Part shown: in pieces, positions 26,301 through 38,682 of the stretch
Layout: each line of letters opens with the position of its first letter
Position numbering within the stretch: position 1 is the stretch's first letter
NCBI GenBank assembly: GCA_964658305.1
Contig: OZ210885.1
Span: 16,120,001 to 16,184,000 of the forward strand
Direction: 5' to 3'
DNA from: Leptogorgia sarmentosa
Lineage: Eukaryota
DNA: 64,000 nt
Position numbers and translations under genes: made by a program
Notes under the pieces: generated by a model
Databases searched by the model: none
What the model saw: the letters and a program-made list of their open reading frames with translations, nothing else
Told to the model about the DNA's origin: nothing

Positions 26301-26410
26301 TGTATGCTGTTATAACTTTAGGAGGGGCTTAGTTAGGGACTTATGTTCTGTTGTCTTTTCCTTCGATCTGTTTTAAAGATTGTAAATCAGTAATAATAAT
26401 AATAATAATA
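23320..26410 (+). mobile_element. CR1/L2-group LINE, ORF2 pseudogene with (TAA)n tail
   Basis: Endonuclease motifs YQNVRSL, LTETWL, YRPPN, GDFN and SDH; RT motifs LDFSKAFD, GVPQGSILGP and FADD. Stops and frameshifts present; tail at 26391-26410. Confidence 0.9.
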
Positions 26411-26462
26411 ATTTTGAACTGATAGAGTGAGAAATCTTCCCCCAATAATGAAATTGGGGGAA

Positions 26463-26628
26463 GTGGGCCGTACTCGGAGGTAGTGCAATACCGAGACAAC
26501 CTGTGGCCAGGGCGAAGCAAGTTTCAATCCATGGCCGAGGTCTAAAAATCAGTTTAATATATGAGTTAGATATTAGTCTCTCTAATCAGTTTAACATATC
26601 AGATATTAAGCTGATAACAACAGATACT
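26463..26628 (-). ncRNA. RNU2: U2 snRNA 3' portion (from nt ~35), disrupted by Tx1 insertion
   Basis: AGTATCTGTTGTTATCAGCTTAATATCTGATA, Sm-like ATTTTTAG, and stem IV loop TATTGCACTACC. Has a small internal duplication in the stem IIb region. Confidence 0.88.
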
Positions 26629-29465
26629 TTTTTTTGTTTTTCAAGGTCTTTATTTCCATTAAATGATCTATTTACAGGTAAGTACTTTAATCCATTACTA
26701 TTAGATTGTTACTATATCATTGTTCTTTAACTAACTTCTTTTCTTTTTTAGGTGCCGTTGGCATTGGCGTTTGTGTCCGTTGGCTACTAACTAATGTCTT
26801 CTCTTGCCAGGTAAGTACTAATTAGGCTATCACCAGATTACTCGGTTCTTTTAGTGTCTATACACGAATTTCAATGGTGTCTCTGCGGTGTGAGCATAGA
26901 ATGTCACATGTATAACAGTCGGCTCCTGTTCTCGTGTTGGATTCGCTTCCTATCGCGCCAAGGCACTGGTGGTACAAATCACCTCCTTGGTATTCTTTAT
27001 TCCAGGTTTTCCGGCTGTGGGTTTTCCATAAGATCGATGCTGCCAGTGTGATGAGGTAGAAGGACAAGGCTTTGGCCTCTCCGTTGGTTGGAAGGTTGTT
27101 TCCAAGTATGATGGTGTCGAGGAGAATCGGGATGCATCTCCCCGCGACTTGCTCGAGAAGGGGTTCCAGCTGTTGCCATAGTCGGGCCGCTCTTTCGCAC
27201 CCTAGAAGGGCGTGGTGCAGGTCTTCTCTGCGCTTACAGCAGGGGAACCCCAGGTCAATCTGCATTCCCCATGAAGAGAGGTAGCTTTCTGTCGGTAAGA
27301 CTCTATGCATGGCTTTCCACATGATTTCTTCTGTTTGATTATCTGCCGCCGAGTTCCATAAGTATTTCCACTTTCCCTCCATGTCTAACGAGGGGCGGAC
27401 GGTTCGTTTCCATTCCCGGACGCATCTGGGTTCCTGGTAGTCTCGTTGCCAGGTCGTGAATGTCTTGGCTGTCAGGTGTTGGTGGTCGGCTAGGATTAGG
27501 TTAGCACGGTGCGCCTGTGCAAAGGACAAAATGGCGGAGTACCATGGTGGTATGTGATTCGGGTCCCCTGTGTGGGCTCGTGTTCGATCGTAGCCAGCTC
27601 CATTCTGGCTTGATAAGCCCCAGAAAGAGGCCTGTCCAGTAACAGCCATAGCAGAGCCACACGCTGTATTTGAGTGGGTCTGTCAGGTCCTTCATCCATT
27701 TGACGGTCACAGCACGGGTTGTCGAGTAGAGATCTGGAATGCCCAGGCCTCCCACGCTCAGGGGCAAGTTGCTCGTGAGACCAGTTCATTGTGGTCGTTC
27801 CACAGAAATCGGAAGATAAGTTTATGTATCTTCGTGGCAATCTGATCAGGGAGAGGGAAAATGGTGGCAAGGTATGTTATACTCGCGAGGCCGTAGGTCT
27901 TGATCAGCACGGTTTTCCCTTTCAAAGTGAGGTGCTGCTTTTGCCAACGCGCCAGGGTCTGTTCCAGTTTGGAGACCGGTTTTTCCTAGTCTTGGTGGTC
28001 CGTATTGCCATATTTCCCGCCCAAGATGGTTATCTCCGTGGTGTTCCACGTAATGGGGACTGGCCCTGTTGTTCGTCCTGCTTGTCGGCCCACATAGAGT
28101 CTAATATCGTTCGACCCGGAATGCCGCATGTCTGCTGTTTGCCAATCACTGGGGGAAGGGTGGGCTTAAGGCGGTTTGCAATCGTGGTGAGCTCATCTGA
28201 GCATGGCGACTTATTTGCATGCATCTTCTTGATCGAGGCGTCCAATTCTGGTCTTGTGACTGGGCCTTCGCACGTGCGTTTCGCGTGCTCGTCCAAACTA
28301 TTATCGAGCTGCGCAAGAAGTTTGTCTTGGGTCACGGTGTCTACCGGTTCATTGGTGTATAGTTCTTAGTAAAAGGCCTGTGCCGCTGCAAGTATGTCTC
28401 TGTCCGACCGGGCTTGGCCGTTCCCTGTTTGCAGTTCTGTTATGCGTGCCGCTGTCTGCTTTTTCTGTTCTAGCTCAAAGAAGTACCTAGTAGGTTTCTC
28501 ACCGTCCTCAATCCATGCGGCTCGACTTCGTATCTTGCATCCTGCTATCCTGTTCTCGGTCGTGGTCTGGAGCAGGTGTTCGAGTTGTTGTATTTTACCG
28601 CGGTCCGGCCTTGGTTCATGTTTTAGTTCGGTAAGTTTGTTGACAAGGTGCGCCTCTTGCTCGCGTCTGTTCCTACTTTTCCTCACTGCATGTTGAATGG
28701 CTATCTGTTTATACTGGCGTTTTGCCGCGTCCTACCATTCATGTATGTTCTGGAAGTCTTGTTTCTTAGCCGACCAAAACGTGTGGAAGGCCCGGATCTC
28801 TCTATGGAACGCCTGGTCCTTTAGCAGGTCCTTATTCAGCTTCCGGACTCCTTTTCGTCTCTTGGTCGTGTCTTCTGGACATATCGAAATTTCGGTCACA
28901 GAGTGGTCCGAGTATGGACATGCTCGCATGCATGAAGTAGCTTGGTCATGTAGTGTCCCTGTTATATACCATCGGTCTAGTCGTGTGCGTAAGGTGAAGG
29001 TCGGGTTGCTCCAGGTAGAGATGCGATCCCCCGTTTGGGTGGCTCGCCACATGTCGATCAAGTTATTGTTCGCCGTGAAATGACGTAATTCCGTTACTCC
29101 CAGGTCGCCGCTCAATGGGTTTCCCCCCTTGTTTGTCGAGATTCAGGTCTTGAAGGCAGTTAAAATCTCCAGCAAACATTAGGTTCCGATCGCCAGGCTT
29201 GTATTGCCAGAGTTGTTCCATAAATGTCTTGCGTTCGTTGGGTTTGTTGGGAGCGTATGTATTCATGAGGTTAAGCAACCTCGTCCCCAGGGCCTCTATA
29301 GTTTTTTGTGCGAGGGGGAAACGAGGCCCTGGTAAAGGCTGGTTGTCACATGATCAAATTTTCCAATATATTTGGAAAATTTTCGCGCCGCATTATTGCG
29401 TCTTTGAATACGTAATACGAAATACTTGCAAACCACAAGAAGAGCAGTAATTTCAAAAAGTTGCA

Positions 29466-31143
29466 ATGCATGCTACAAATTTTGTGAATGGTCTTCCTTA
29501 TGCACTTGATTCGTCGGGATATTCGAGTATATATTTGAAAGTAAAACAAATACGTGTACTAGAAGCTTTGTATGATCAAAAGGACGTAGTTGCTGTCTTT
29601 CCAACGGGATATGGGAAGTCCGTAATTTTCCATATTTTGCCGTTTTTGCTCGAGTATAAAGAACAAGACCAAAATAGTGGAAAAAACGCTGTCATCGTAA
29701 TCGCTCCTTCAAATTCCCTAATTGACGATCAAGTCAGCCATTTACGAAAAAAAGGAATCAAGGTCGCAGTTTTATGCTCAAGTGGAGCGAACGAAATACA
29801 CAATTCTGGATTCTTGTCCTCTGACTCAGATACAAATTCTGAAACAGAATCAGTAAAAAATTACGAACATGATGATTCATACGACGATTGCAGAATTTTA
29901 TTTACTCATCCTGAAAATGTTGTTTCGAAAAATCCTCGGTTATGGACCTGCCAAAATCGAATCGTGGCCTGCGTAGTTGATGAAGCACATTTGATAGAAG
30001 AATGGGGACACAAATTCAGGCCAGACTATAGCAAGCTTTGTCGTTTAGCTTCTCTTTTCCCACTTGCACCAATACTCGCTTTGACAGCCACAGCTCCCAA
30101 AAAAAGAGAGTTGATTGTAAAAGGCCTTTGCATGAAAAACCCTGTCACGATTTTAGGAGAACTGGACAGAAAAAACATTTTCCTTTACAAGGAAAAAAGA
30201 AAAGCAGCAAAAACAGGATCGCTTACATACGAAGAAATTTTGCGTCCAATTGCAAGCGATCTAAAGGAACAGTTGATCGATTACCCACTTACTATAATCT
30301 ACTTACCTTTGAAATGGTGTGGCTTCGCATTCAATTACTTTGTTGACATATTGGGCAAAAATAGTTATTATCCGTCAACGTCAGCCGGAGATCCAAAACA
30401 ATGTCTGTTTGCGCAGTATCATTCTCCTCAAACTGATGCAATGAAAAAAATTGTTTTACAACAGTTGACGGAATTGAACTACAACAGCATCAAATCAATC
30501 AGAGTTATTTTTGCCACTGTTGTCATAGGGCTTGGTGTTAATATCCATAATGTGCGACAAATAATTCATCTGACTGTCCCACGAACATTGGAAAGCTATT
30601 ATCAACAAATCGGAAGGGCAGCTCGTGATGGTTATCCTGCAAAAGCTTGTTTATATTATAATGGCGCTGATATAGCGTTAAATAAACCTGGGCTAACTTA
30701 CGAAATGCGAAAATATTGCATACTGAGTTTCAACTGTATGAGGAGATACATTATGAATTACTTGAATTCGAACACTACACATATGAGTCATCATAACTGT
30801 TGTTCAAATTGTTTATCGAGCTGTTAATGAACCAGGGTGTACAAATGAACCACAAAGTCTTATGAAATGTAACGATTCTGGGCCGACTCGCGTTCGAACA
30901 ATTGGTATTGTTAAAAGAAAAGAGATTAAGGAAAGGCTTCAAATGTTCAGGCTTAGTCTAGGCAAAAGTATGTTTGGAGGAATCGATTTGTCTACTGGAT
31001 TTACTAAAAAACTTATTGATGATATTGTCTCCAACTGCGAGTTTATCAGAAGTAAAGCTGACATCTTAGATACCTATCCTGTTTGGGATGGATCTCATGC
31101 AGATGTAATTTTTAATATTATAAACAATGTCTGTAGTGAATAG
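29466..31143 (+). CDS. RecQ-like SF2 helicase of AcademH (main ORF 29466-30827; separated C-terminal piece 30862-31143)
   Basis: PTGYGKS, DEAH, ALTATA, ATVVIGLGVN, QQIGRAARDG and a Cys-rich CMR..CCSNC motif. Confidence 0.88.
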
Positions 31144-31580
31144 TTTTGGGCAAGTTTATATTTGTGTACAAACTACATTGTAATTGTGAACTGATTGAAC
31201 TGAGCGTATATTTGTCAATTTGAACAATTGTTTTTTTTTTGTTTTGTAATATAATAAATACCAGCTGAGTTAACTATTTAATCAGTGAATAAGTAACAGA
31301 TTTAACAAATGAATTAACATTATATTGCTTTGTCCGACAGATATATACATTTGTGAGATCAATATCACTGTTGTCCTTTTCCAACCCTATATCCAATCTT
31401 CTTTTTATGATCATTTATCCATGTATGTAGGTCAGAAAAACTCAGATGACTTAATGGTGAAATTTTGATGTCTTTAAAGGAATGATGAAATCGTCCTGGG
31501 CTGTATCGAAATGGATGCAATTTGTTGAGATCTTTCAACATCATCAATTCATCATCTTTTTTACTTGTGGCAGAATGGCT

Positions 31581-32320
31581 AGTAGTACTATACTGGCACT
31601 TCAGCATCAATCCCACGCAACCCGTGGAATTGGCGTGGGATTTTTTGTTTTGCGTGGGGGATATTTTTTGGTTCCCACACCCCCTTTTTTAAAAATGGGG
31701 GTTAACCTCTCTTTTACCATTTCACACAATGTTTTTTCAATAAAGTGTGTTTTTTATTAATAAAAAACGTATTTACAAAGTATTTTCCAAATTTAATATA
31801 ACTTTTTATTTAGTAGTGTTTTACATGTAACGGTTAAACTCTTTTAAGTCCTCAGGACACTCTTCGTCTCCAGTTTCTTCGTCTTCAGTTTCTTCGTTTT
31901 CAGTTTCTTCGTCGTCACTTTTTAAAAATTTGTAATATTGCCATTCACAGCATTCTTTTTGCATTGCATGGTAGCATTTGGTTGTTACCTCATCACTTGC
32001 GGGGCTACTTTTTTGCATTTTGGTCTCTTTTTCTAAACTGTTTTTGGTCTTATTTTCTTGTTCTAGTGCGTCTTGCATTTCTTTTGACATTTCACCCCAT
32101 TGATCTTCATTAACAGGTTGACTTTGCCATCTCTCGCACACTTCTTTTTGCGTAAAACTGTTAACTTCTTCCATTTCACAGGTAGTTGCGTTTAATGTAC
32201 GTAATTTTATGTCAACGATATTTATTTGTGAGTGATTGTTTTTGCGTTTGTACGTTCTTAAATACACAATTTTTGCGGTTTTTTTACTTGCGGTTTTTTA
32301 CTTGCAGTTTTTTTACGTGC
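31581..32320 (+). repeat. Polinton left TIR (inner boundary approximate)
   Basis: Reverse complement of ~53708-54539. Includes an ORF mirrored in the right TIR. Confidence 0.9.
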
Positions 32321-32981
32321 AGTTATTTACTTGCGATTTTAAAATGTTCTGAATAATTGTTTTAAAAAAAGGTGGTTTTAAAATGTTCCGAATAATTATC
32401 GGGAAAAACGTTCTTTTCATGTGTTTTTACGTGGTTTTCACATGCGGTTTTTTCCCACTGTTTTTCTTGAGGTTTAAAATTGTTCTGAATAATTAACGGA
32501 TAACGGGTAACCAATAAAAACACGGGGTTATGACTTGGCGAACGTTTAACTGTGAAAAACAATTTTGTTTTTTACATTCTGGCGAGCAGTACTACGGAGC
32601 GAGCACCACAAAGAGAATAATGTACAGCAGGAATAAGAGGATTTTATATGAACGACAACGGCGTGAAAAAATACAGCAGGAGCGTAGAGTTTACCAGGTT
32701 TTACGGCCATGGCTTGAGCACAAATACCCAAATATTCTTACGGAGTTCACGCCGTTTTACGAAAAATTACGGGACAATAACCAAAAACGCCAAAAACCTA
32801 ACAACAACAAGGCATTTTAGGGAGTTTTTGCATGATGGAATAGGTATGTTTTTCTGTATTATGCATTATGTTTTGACCGGAATAGGTATGTTTTTTTTTG
32901 TATTATGTATTATGTTTTTGTTTGCAATTTATTTTGTGTACTGTAATCTTATAGACTTTACACAACCTCCGGTTGAAATGG

Positions 32982-33548
32982 AAATACCGCAAATACCAGA
33001 ACCGGGATTCATGCCGTCAATGCCTATATCGCAGCTCCCGTTAATACCTGAGCAGGAATCTATACTTCAAATACCGCAAATACCAGAACCGGGATTCATG
33101 CCGTCGATGCCTATATCGCAGCTCCCGTTAATACCTGAGCAGGAATCTATACTTCAAATACAGCAAATACCAGAACCGGGATTCATGCCGTCGATGCCTA
33201 TATCGCAGCTCCCGTTAATACCTCAGCTGGAATCTATACTTCAAATACCGCAAATACCTGAACCGGAATTCATACCGTTGATGCCTATATCGCAAATACC
33301 TGAACCCCACAATTCCCAGACAGACACCCCAATTTCCGAGGCAGATAGCTGCTCCGAGGCAGATAGCAACTCCGAGGCAGATAGCAGCTCCGAGGCAGAT
33401 AGCAACTCCGAGGCAGATAGCAGCTCCGAGGCAGATAGCAGCTCCGAGGCAGATAGCAGCTCCGAGGCAGATAGCAGCTCCGAGGCAGATAGCAGCTCCG
33501 AGGCAGATAGCAACTCCGAGGCAGATAGCAGCTCCAAGGCAGATAGTA
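32982..33548 (+). repeat. Coding tandem repeats: 87-bp units (about 3.5 copies) and 18-bp SEADSS units (about 12 copies) in a Polinton hypothetical gene
   Basis: Both unit lengths are multiples of 3 and keep the frame in ORF 32648-33664. Confidence 0.85.
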
Positions 33549-33564
33549 CCCCCGAGCTCACAGG

Positions 33565-33975
33565 TTATGAGTTATCGGATAGCCCCGTTATCATCAGGAC
33601 ACCACTGACACCTTTATTAGGACCACTGTTTCTCACACTACATCTTTTGCATATCTCGTTATGATAGCACCGAGGTCTTTGAAGTATGATTTTATCACCC
33701 CACTCGAAGTATTCACATTCATCTGTGTTTTTTGAGCACACAAAAAAGGGACGACCATAGTTGTCTTTCATAATATGTTTTACCACACAGAATTTTGCTA
33801 GGTTGTTATCGCAACACACGGGCTGTGGTTGTTCTGTTTCATGAAACACAGTCATAGCGTTTTCGTAAATGTGTCTTTCGTCTTCACTGCATATAAAATG
33901 ACAGCTCGGTTCTTGTTTGCAGAACCATTTTCCATTTTCAGTTGTGCCAGCAGGTAGTTTATGTAAGCATTCCAT
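33565..33975 (-). CDS. GRF-type zinc-finger protein (Polinton accessory)
   Basis: C....V....NYGRPFFVC.....C.YFEW pattern, with partial repeats on each side. Confidence 0.75.
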   Translation of the reverse strand: MECLHKLPAGTTENGKWFCKQEPSCHFICSEDERHIYENAMTVFHETEQPQPVCCDNNLAKFCVVKHIMKDNYGRPFFVCSKNTDECEYFEWGDKIILQRPRCYHNEICKRCSVRNSGPNKGVSGVLMITGLSDNS

Positions 33976-34244
33976 TATTGCGGTATGATTTTGTTTTCAG
34001 TGTTCTTCCCTTTTTATAAAACATTTCCTGCGATTATTTACCTGCGGTTATTTACCTGCGGTTATTTACCTGCGGTTTTTTACTTGTGGTTTTTTACATG
34101 CAGTTATTTACATGCGGTTATTTACCTGTGGTTATTTACATGCGATTATTTACTTGCAGTTGTTTACTTGCGATTATTTACTTGCTGTTATTTACCTGTG
34201 GTTTGTGAGTATATAAAATGCTGTGAGAGTAAGTTTTTTGTTCA

Positions 34245-37200
34245 ATGAGTATGGAGCGTGATGAGTGGCAGTGGGAAGATACGAGCGACTCATGGATTTG
34301 GGATGTGCCCGATCCGCAAACCGATGTACAAGCTGAATGGGAGTGGGGAGATACGAACGACTCATGGATTTGGGATGTGCCCAATCCGCAAACCGATGTA
34401 CAATATGGAGGGAAAAAGAGAAAAGCCGAAGACGATGAAGTTAGCACTCCGGAAAAGTTTTATACAATTAATGAAGTTCGTCAAGTAAAAGCCAAAAAGT
34501 ATCGTACAACTGCCGTGGATTATTCTGTTCACTTTAATGATTTGCAAGATCTCGATCTTGTTCGGGAGTATGAACATACACAACAAATTTTTGAGCAACT
34601 AATTACCGATGTTACGGAAGGAATGCAGGAAAGCGATTTGATTCGATTTGTTTTGCGTACGGATCAACTGGACAAACCTATATCGCTACCGTTTATGCCT
34701 GTTTCACGACTGACACCTGAACACGTTTTTTCTCAAATTGAACGCGTTGTATAATCCAAGCAGGAGTTACGTTTAAACGAGTCAGTTATTGTTGATTTTA
34801 TTCACGTCGAGATGCCAAACGGTAGTGGAAGAAAAGGGCGCAATAATATTGATTTGTTGAGATATTTACATAACAAGAAATCGGTAGTGACCATTAAGAA
34901 CAAAGACAATTTATGTTTGGCCAGAGCTTTAGTGGTTGCTATTGCAGAAATTGATAAAGACAAAAAGTACAAGCTCCTAGCCAATTCCTGTCGTCCAGCG
35001 CAAAGAGAAGCGGCATTCGATCTTCATGAAAAGGCAGGTGTTCCTATAGGACCGTGTGGGATTTTCGAGGTGAAGCAGTTCCAAAAATATTTGACGGGGT
35101 ATGAAATAAACATTTATAATAAACAATTATACACCAATCACAACCCATTCTTACGGAAACGAAACGTATTTATTTGTACTTACATAACAACCACTATGAC
35201 GTTATTACGTCAATGCCTGCATTTTTAAGTCGCTCTTATTTTTGCCACATGTGCAGAAAACCTTAATGCAGTGGATCATTTATGCGATAGCATGTGCAAA
35301 ATGTGTCGTGGTTTAGATTGTTATTGGATTGATCCAAGAAGCTGTACGGATTGTAAGAGGATATTTAAGAGCCAAGCGTGTTATGACAGACATAAGGAGC
35401 CTATAGGAAATGGTCAGTCTGTATGCCAACAAGTGAAAAAGTGTTTGAAATGTGGGAAATCAATGAGAATTCACCTTTTACCGGATCACCTATGCCAAAA
35501 AACAAAATGCAGAACATGTGGGGAGCTTGCTGATGATAAAGATGTACATTATTGCTACATGAAAAAACCTGAGGAAAAAAAGGGGGAGAAGGAAAGCTAC
35601 GATCAGTTGTTCTTTTTTGACTATGAGTGTCGGCAAGATGGAATTCACTAACCAAATCTATGCATTGTCCAAAATGAAATGGGGGATGAATGGAGTTTTT
35701 CTGGAGAAAATACAAATTTGGATTTTTGTAAATGGTTGTTTACAAAAGAGCATAAGAATTGCGTGTTCCTAGCCCATAACTTTCAGGAGTATGACGGATA
35801 TTTTATTCAAAATGATTTGAGCAAGAATGGAGTAAAGTACGATGTTATCATGAGCGGAGCCAAGATTATAACACTAACAGTTCCTATGCTTAACATACGA
35901 TTTATTGACTCGTTAAATTTTATTCCTATGGGTCTTGCTAAATTCCCAAAGACATTCGGAGTGGATGAATTACATAAAGGATATTTTCCTCATTTGTTTA
36001 ATAAGAGGGAAAATGAGAATTATGTTGGACCTATTCCGTGCGAACCGTACTATAATCCAAATGAAATGAGTCCAGAAAATCGTACAGCACTCCAAAAATG
36101 GCACAAAGAGCAAAGGGACAATAATGTTGTGTTTGATTTTGTTAAAGAGATTACCAAGTACTGTAGATCCGATGTGGATATTTTGAGACGTAGCTGTATG
36201 GAGTTTCATGAATTGTTTCGGGATAGTACAGGAATTGATCCGTTCGAGAAATGTTTAACAATTGCTAGTGCGTGTCAATTGGTTTACCGTACCAATTTTT
36301 TGAAAGAAAACACAATTGCAATTTTAAATTCCGATCGGCATCTAAAAATAAAGCAATCCAACACAGCTATAAAGTGGTTGTCGTATGTGTCCGAGAAAGA
36401 GGGTATCTACATTGAACATGTCAGGAATGGTGGTGAGAGGCGTGTGGGCAAGTATTCCTTGGATGGATATCATGAAGAATCGAACACAGCGTACGAGTTT
36501 CAGGGATGTCTTTGGCATGGTAAGTAAAGTTTACAAGAGAGATTTGTTGCTTTTTTCTTAACTATGTTATTTTTAGGGTGTTCAACGTGTTATGCTCGTA
36601 ATACTGTGAATCCGGTAAATGGAAAAACTATGCAAGATCTTTACGAAGGCACAATAGAGAAAATTTGTTATCTTAAAGAGCAAGGATTTAATATCATGGA
36701 AATGTGGGAATGTAATTTAAAGAAAGAGTTGGATGAAAATGAAGAGATGTGCCGTTACTTTAAAGAGCACGATCTTGTTGACCCACTTGGTGGGCGTACA
36801 AATGCTGCAAAGCTATTTCACAAATGTGAAGGCTAAGAGAAAATAAAATATGTGGATTTTACAAGTTTATATCCTTGGTGTAACAAGTCAACGAAAATGG
36901 TAGTAGGACATCCGGAAATTATCACTGAAAATTTTCAGGACATTTCAACATACTTTGGTCTAATAAAATGTACTGTGTTACCACCCCAAGGATTGTTTCA
37001 TCCGGTTCTACCTTACCGCACTCCCGGTAAATTAACCTTCCCATTATGCAAGGCGTGCGTTGATACTGCCAACCAGACTACATGTACCCACTCTGATGAA
37101 GAGAGAGGTATTCTTGGTATGTGGTGTCATGTGGAGTTACTAAAGGCAATAGAAAAGGGGTACCGAATTCTACGACTACATGAGGTGTGGCATTTTCCCA

Positions 37201-38169
37201 AGCAATCCGATGAGTTATTTAAAGAGTATGTGGACACTTTCTTAAAAATTAAGCAGGAAGCCAGCGGCTACCCAAAAGATTGCACCACACCCGAACAGAA
37301 GCAAGCCTACGTAAGCGAGTATTTGGAGCATGAAGGAATTGCAATGGATCCTGAAAAGATTACACACAATTCTGGTTTGCGCGCTTTAGCCAAACTCATG
37401 CTAAACTCGTTTTGGGGTAAGTAATATATTGTTTTTCATATTTATATATTTTGGGTAATTGTGTTTTTTTGTTTAGATAAATTTGACAGCGCGGAAATTT
37501 AGGTAAAACAGAAATTATAACGGAACCGCAAAAGTACTTTGACCTTTTGACCTTCTGACCTCCGACGAATTTGAAGTGACCAATGCCTGAATAGTTAGCG
37601 ATAACATGATTTAGGTACAATACAAGAGCGTTGGCGATTTTGAGGAACCAAACAGCAAAGCGAATGTGGTTGTTGCTGCTTTTACCACGGCGTACGCCCG
37701 TCTGAAACTTTACGGTTTATTGGACATGCTACAGGAACGCGTACTTTAGTACGATACAGATTCGGTTATATATGTGTCTAAGCCCGACCAACCAGAACCA
37801 CCATCAGGAAATTATCTCGGTGATTTAACTGACGAGTTAGACGGAGACTATATTACCACGTTTGTGTCGGGAGGACCAAAGAATTACGCATATCATACAG
37901 CGGGAGGAAAGTCTGAAACAAAAGTACGGGGGATTACCTTGAATCATACAACATTGCAAAAGATAAACCCTGACATCATTCATGCACTTGTGTACTTACA
38001 TACAGAGTGTAATGCTGAAGCAAAAGTTACGATTAACATTCCTTTTAAGATTACGCAGGATAAAAAGGAAAAAAACATTGTAACAAAAAAGATGAAAAAG
38101 GATTATCGGATTGTATACGACAAACATGTTATTAAAGACAATTATGAAACATTACCCTATGGGTTTTAA
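34245..38169 (+). pseudogene. Protein-primed family B DNA polymerase (pPolB) with two GT-AG introns
   Basis: FFDYEC, AHN...YD, YCRSDV, YEFQGCLWHG|C, DFTSLYP, KLMLNSFWG, YDTDS, GPKNY and KVRG. Several stops and frameshifts. Confidence 0.93.
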
Positions 38170-38567
38170 TGTAAAAATATTTTATTAAACATTGTTTTTG
38201 AACACTGTCTATTATTTTTTGGTAACATGTGTCGGTACTTTTCTGGACACTTTCCCCCAAAACCACCATCTTTTAAACTTTTATCCCCATACTTTGCAAT
38301 TGTTCGTCTTAGTTGTTCACATTTAGGATGAGAATTGACAGCCAAAGTGTAGTAGTTATTTTTCCAGTGAATTTGTTCCCTCTTTATCATACGATAAAAT
38401 AGCTGAGGAATAGAGTAGAAACCCTCAAAAAAGGCATGTATGTCATCATCTCCATTTACGTAATGTACACTACCAGTTGTTTTGTTGGTAATAACAAAGT
38501 ATTCTCCATCGCAGAAATACATTTTTCCAAATGAAATGAATAAATAGTTTTTTCTTTTATATATCAT
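38166..38567 (-). CDS. Polinton hypothetical protein
   Basis: Open ORF, divergent from the ORF at 38683 across a repeat/TATA spacer. The start may be the ATG near 38522. Confidence 0.5.
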   Translation of the reverse strand: MIYKRKNYLFISFGKMYFCDGEYFVITNKTTGSVHYVNGDDDIHAFFEGFYSIPQLFYRMIKREQIHWKNNYYTLAVNSHPKCEQLRRTIAKYGDKSLKDGGFGGKCPEKYRHMLPKNNRQCSKTMFNKIFLH

Positions 38568-38682
38568 ATTTACATGCTGTTTTTTACTTGTGGTTTTTTA
38601 CGTGTTGTTTTTACTTGCGGTTATTTACTTGCAGTTTTTATATAAGTAGAGATGATGCAAATAATAAAATTTTATTTACACA

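Noticed and set aside
29466..30827. Host RecQ/WRN/BLM gene
   Set aside because: It is intronless, lacks the flanking domains, and lies beside a transposon-like end, convergent with a DUF6589-type transposase.
33335..33548. 18-bp and 87-bp repeat arrays as a possible CRISPR-like array
   Set aside because: The units are head-to-tail with no unique spacers and keep a reading frame. The context is eukaryotic and no cas genes are present.
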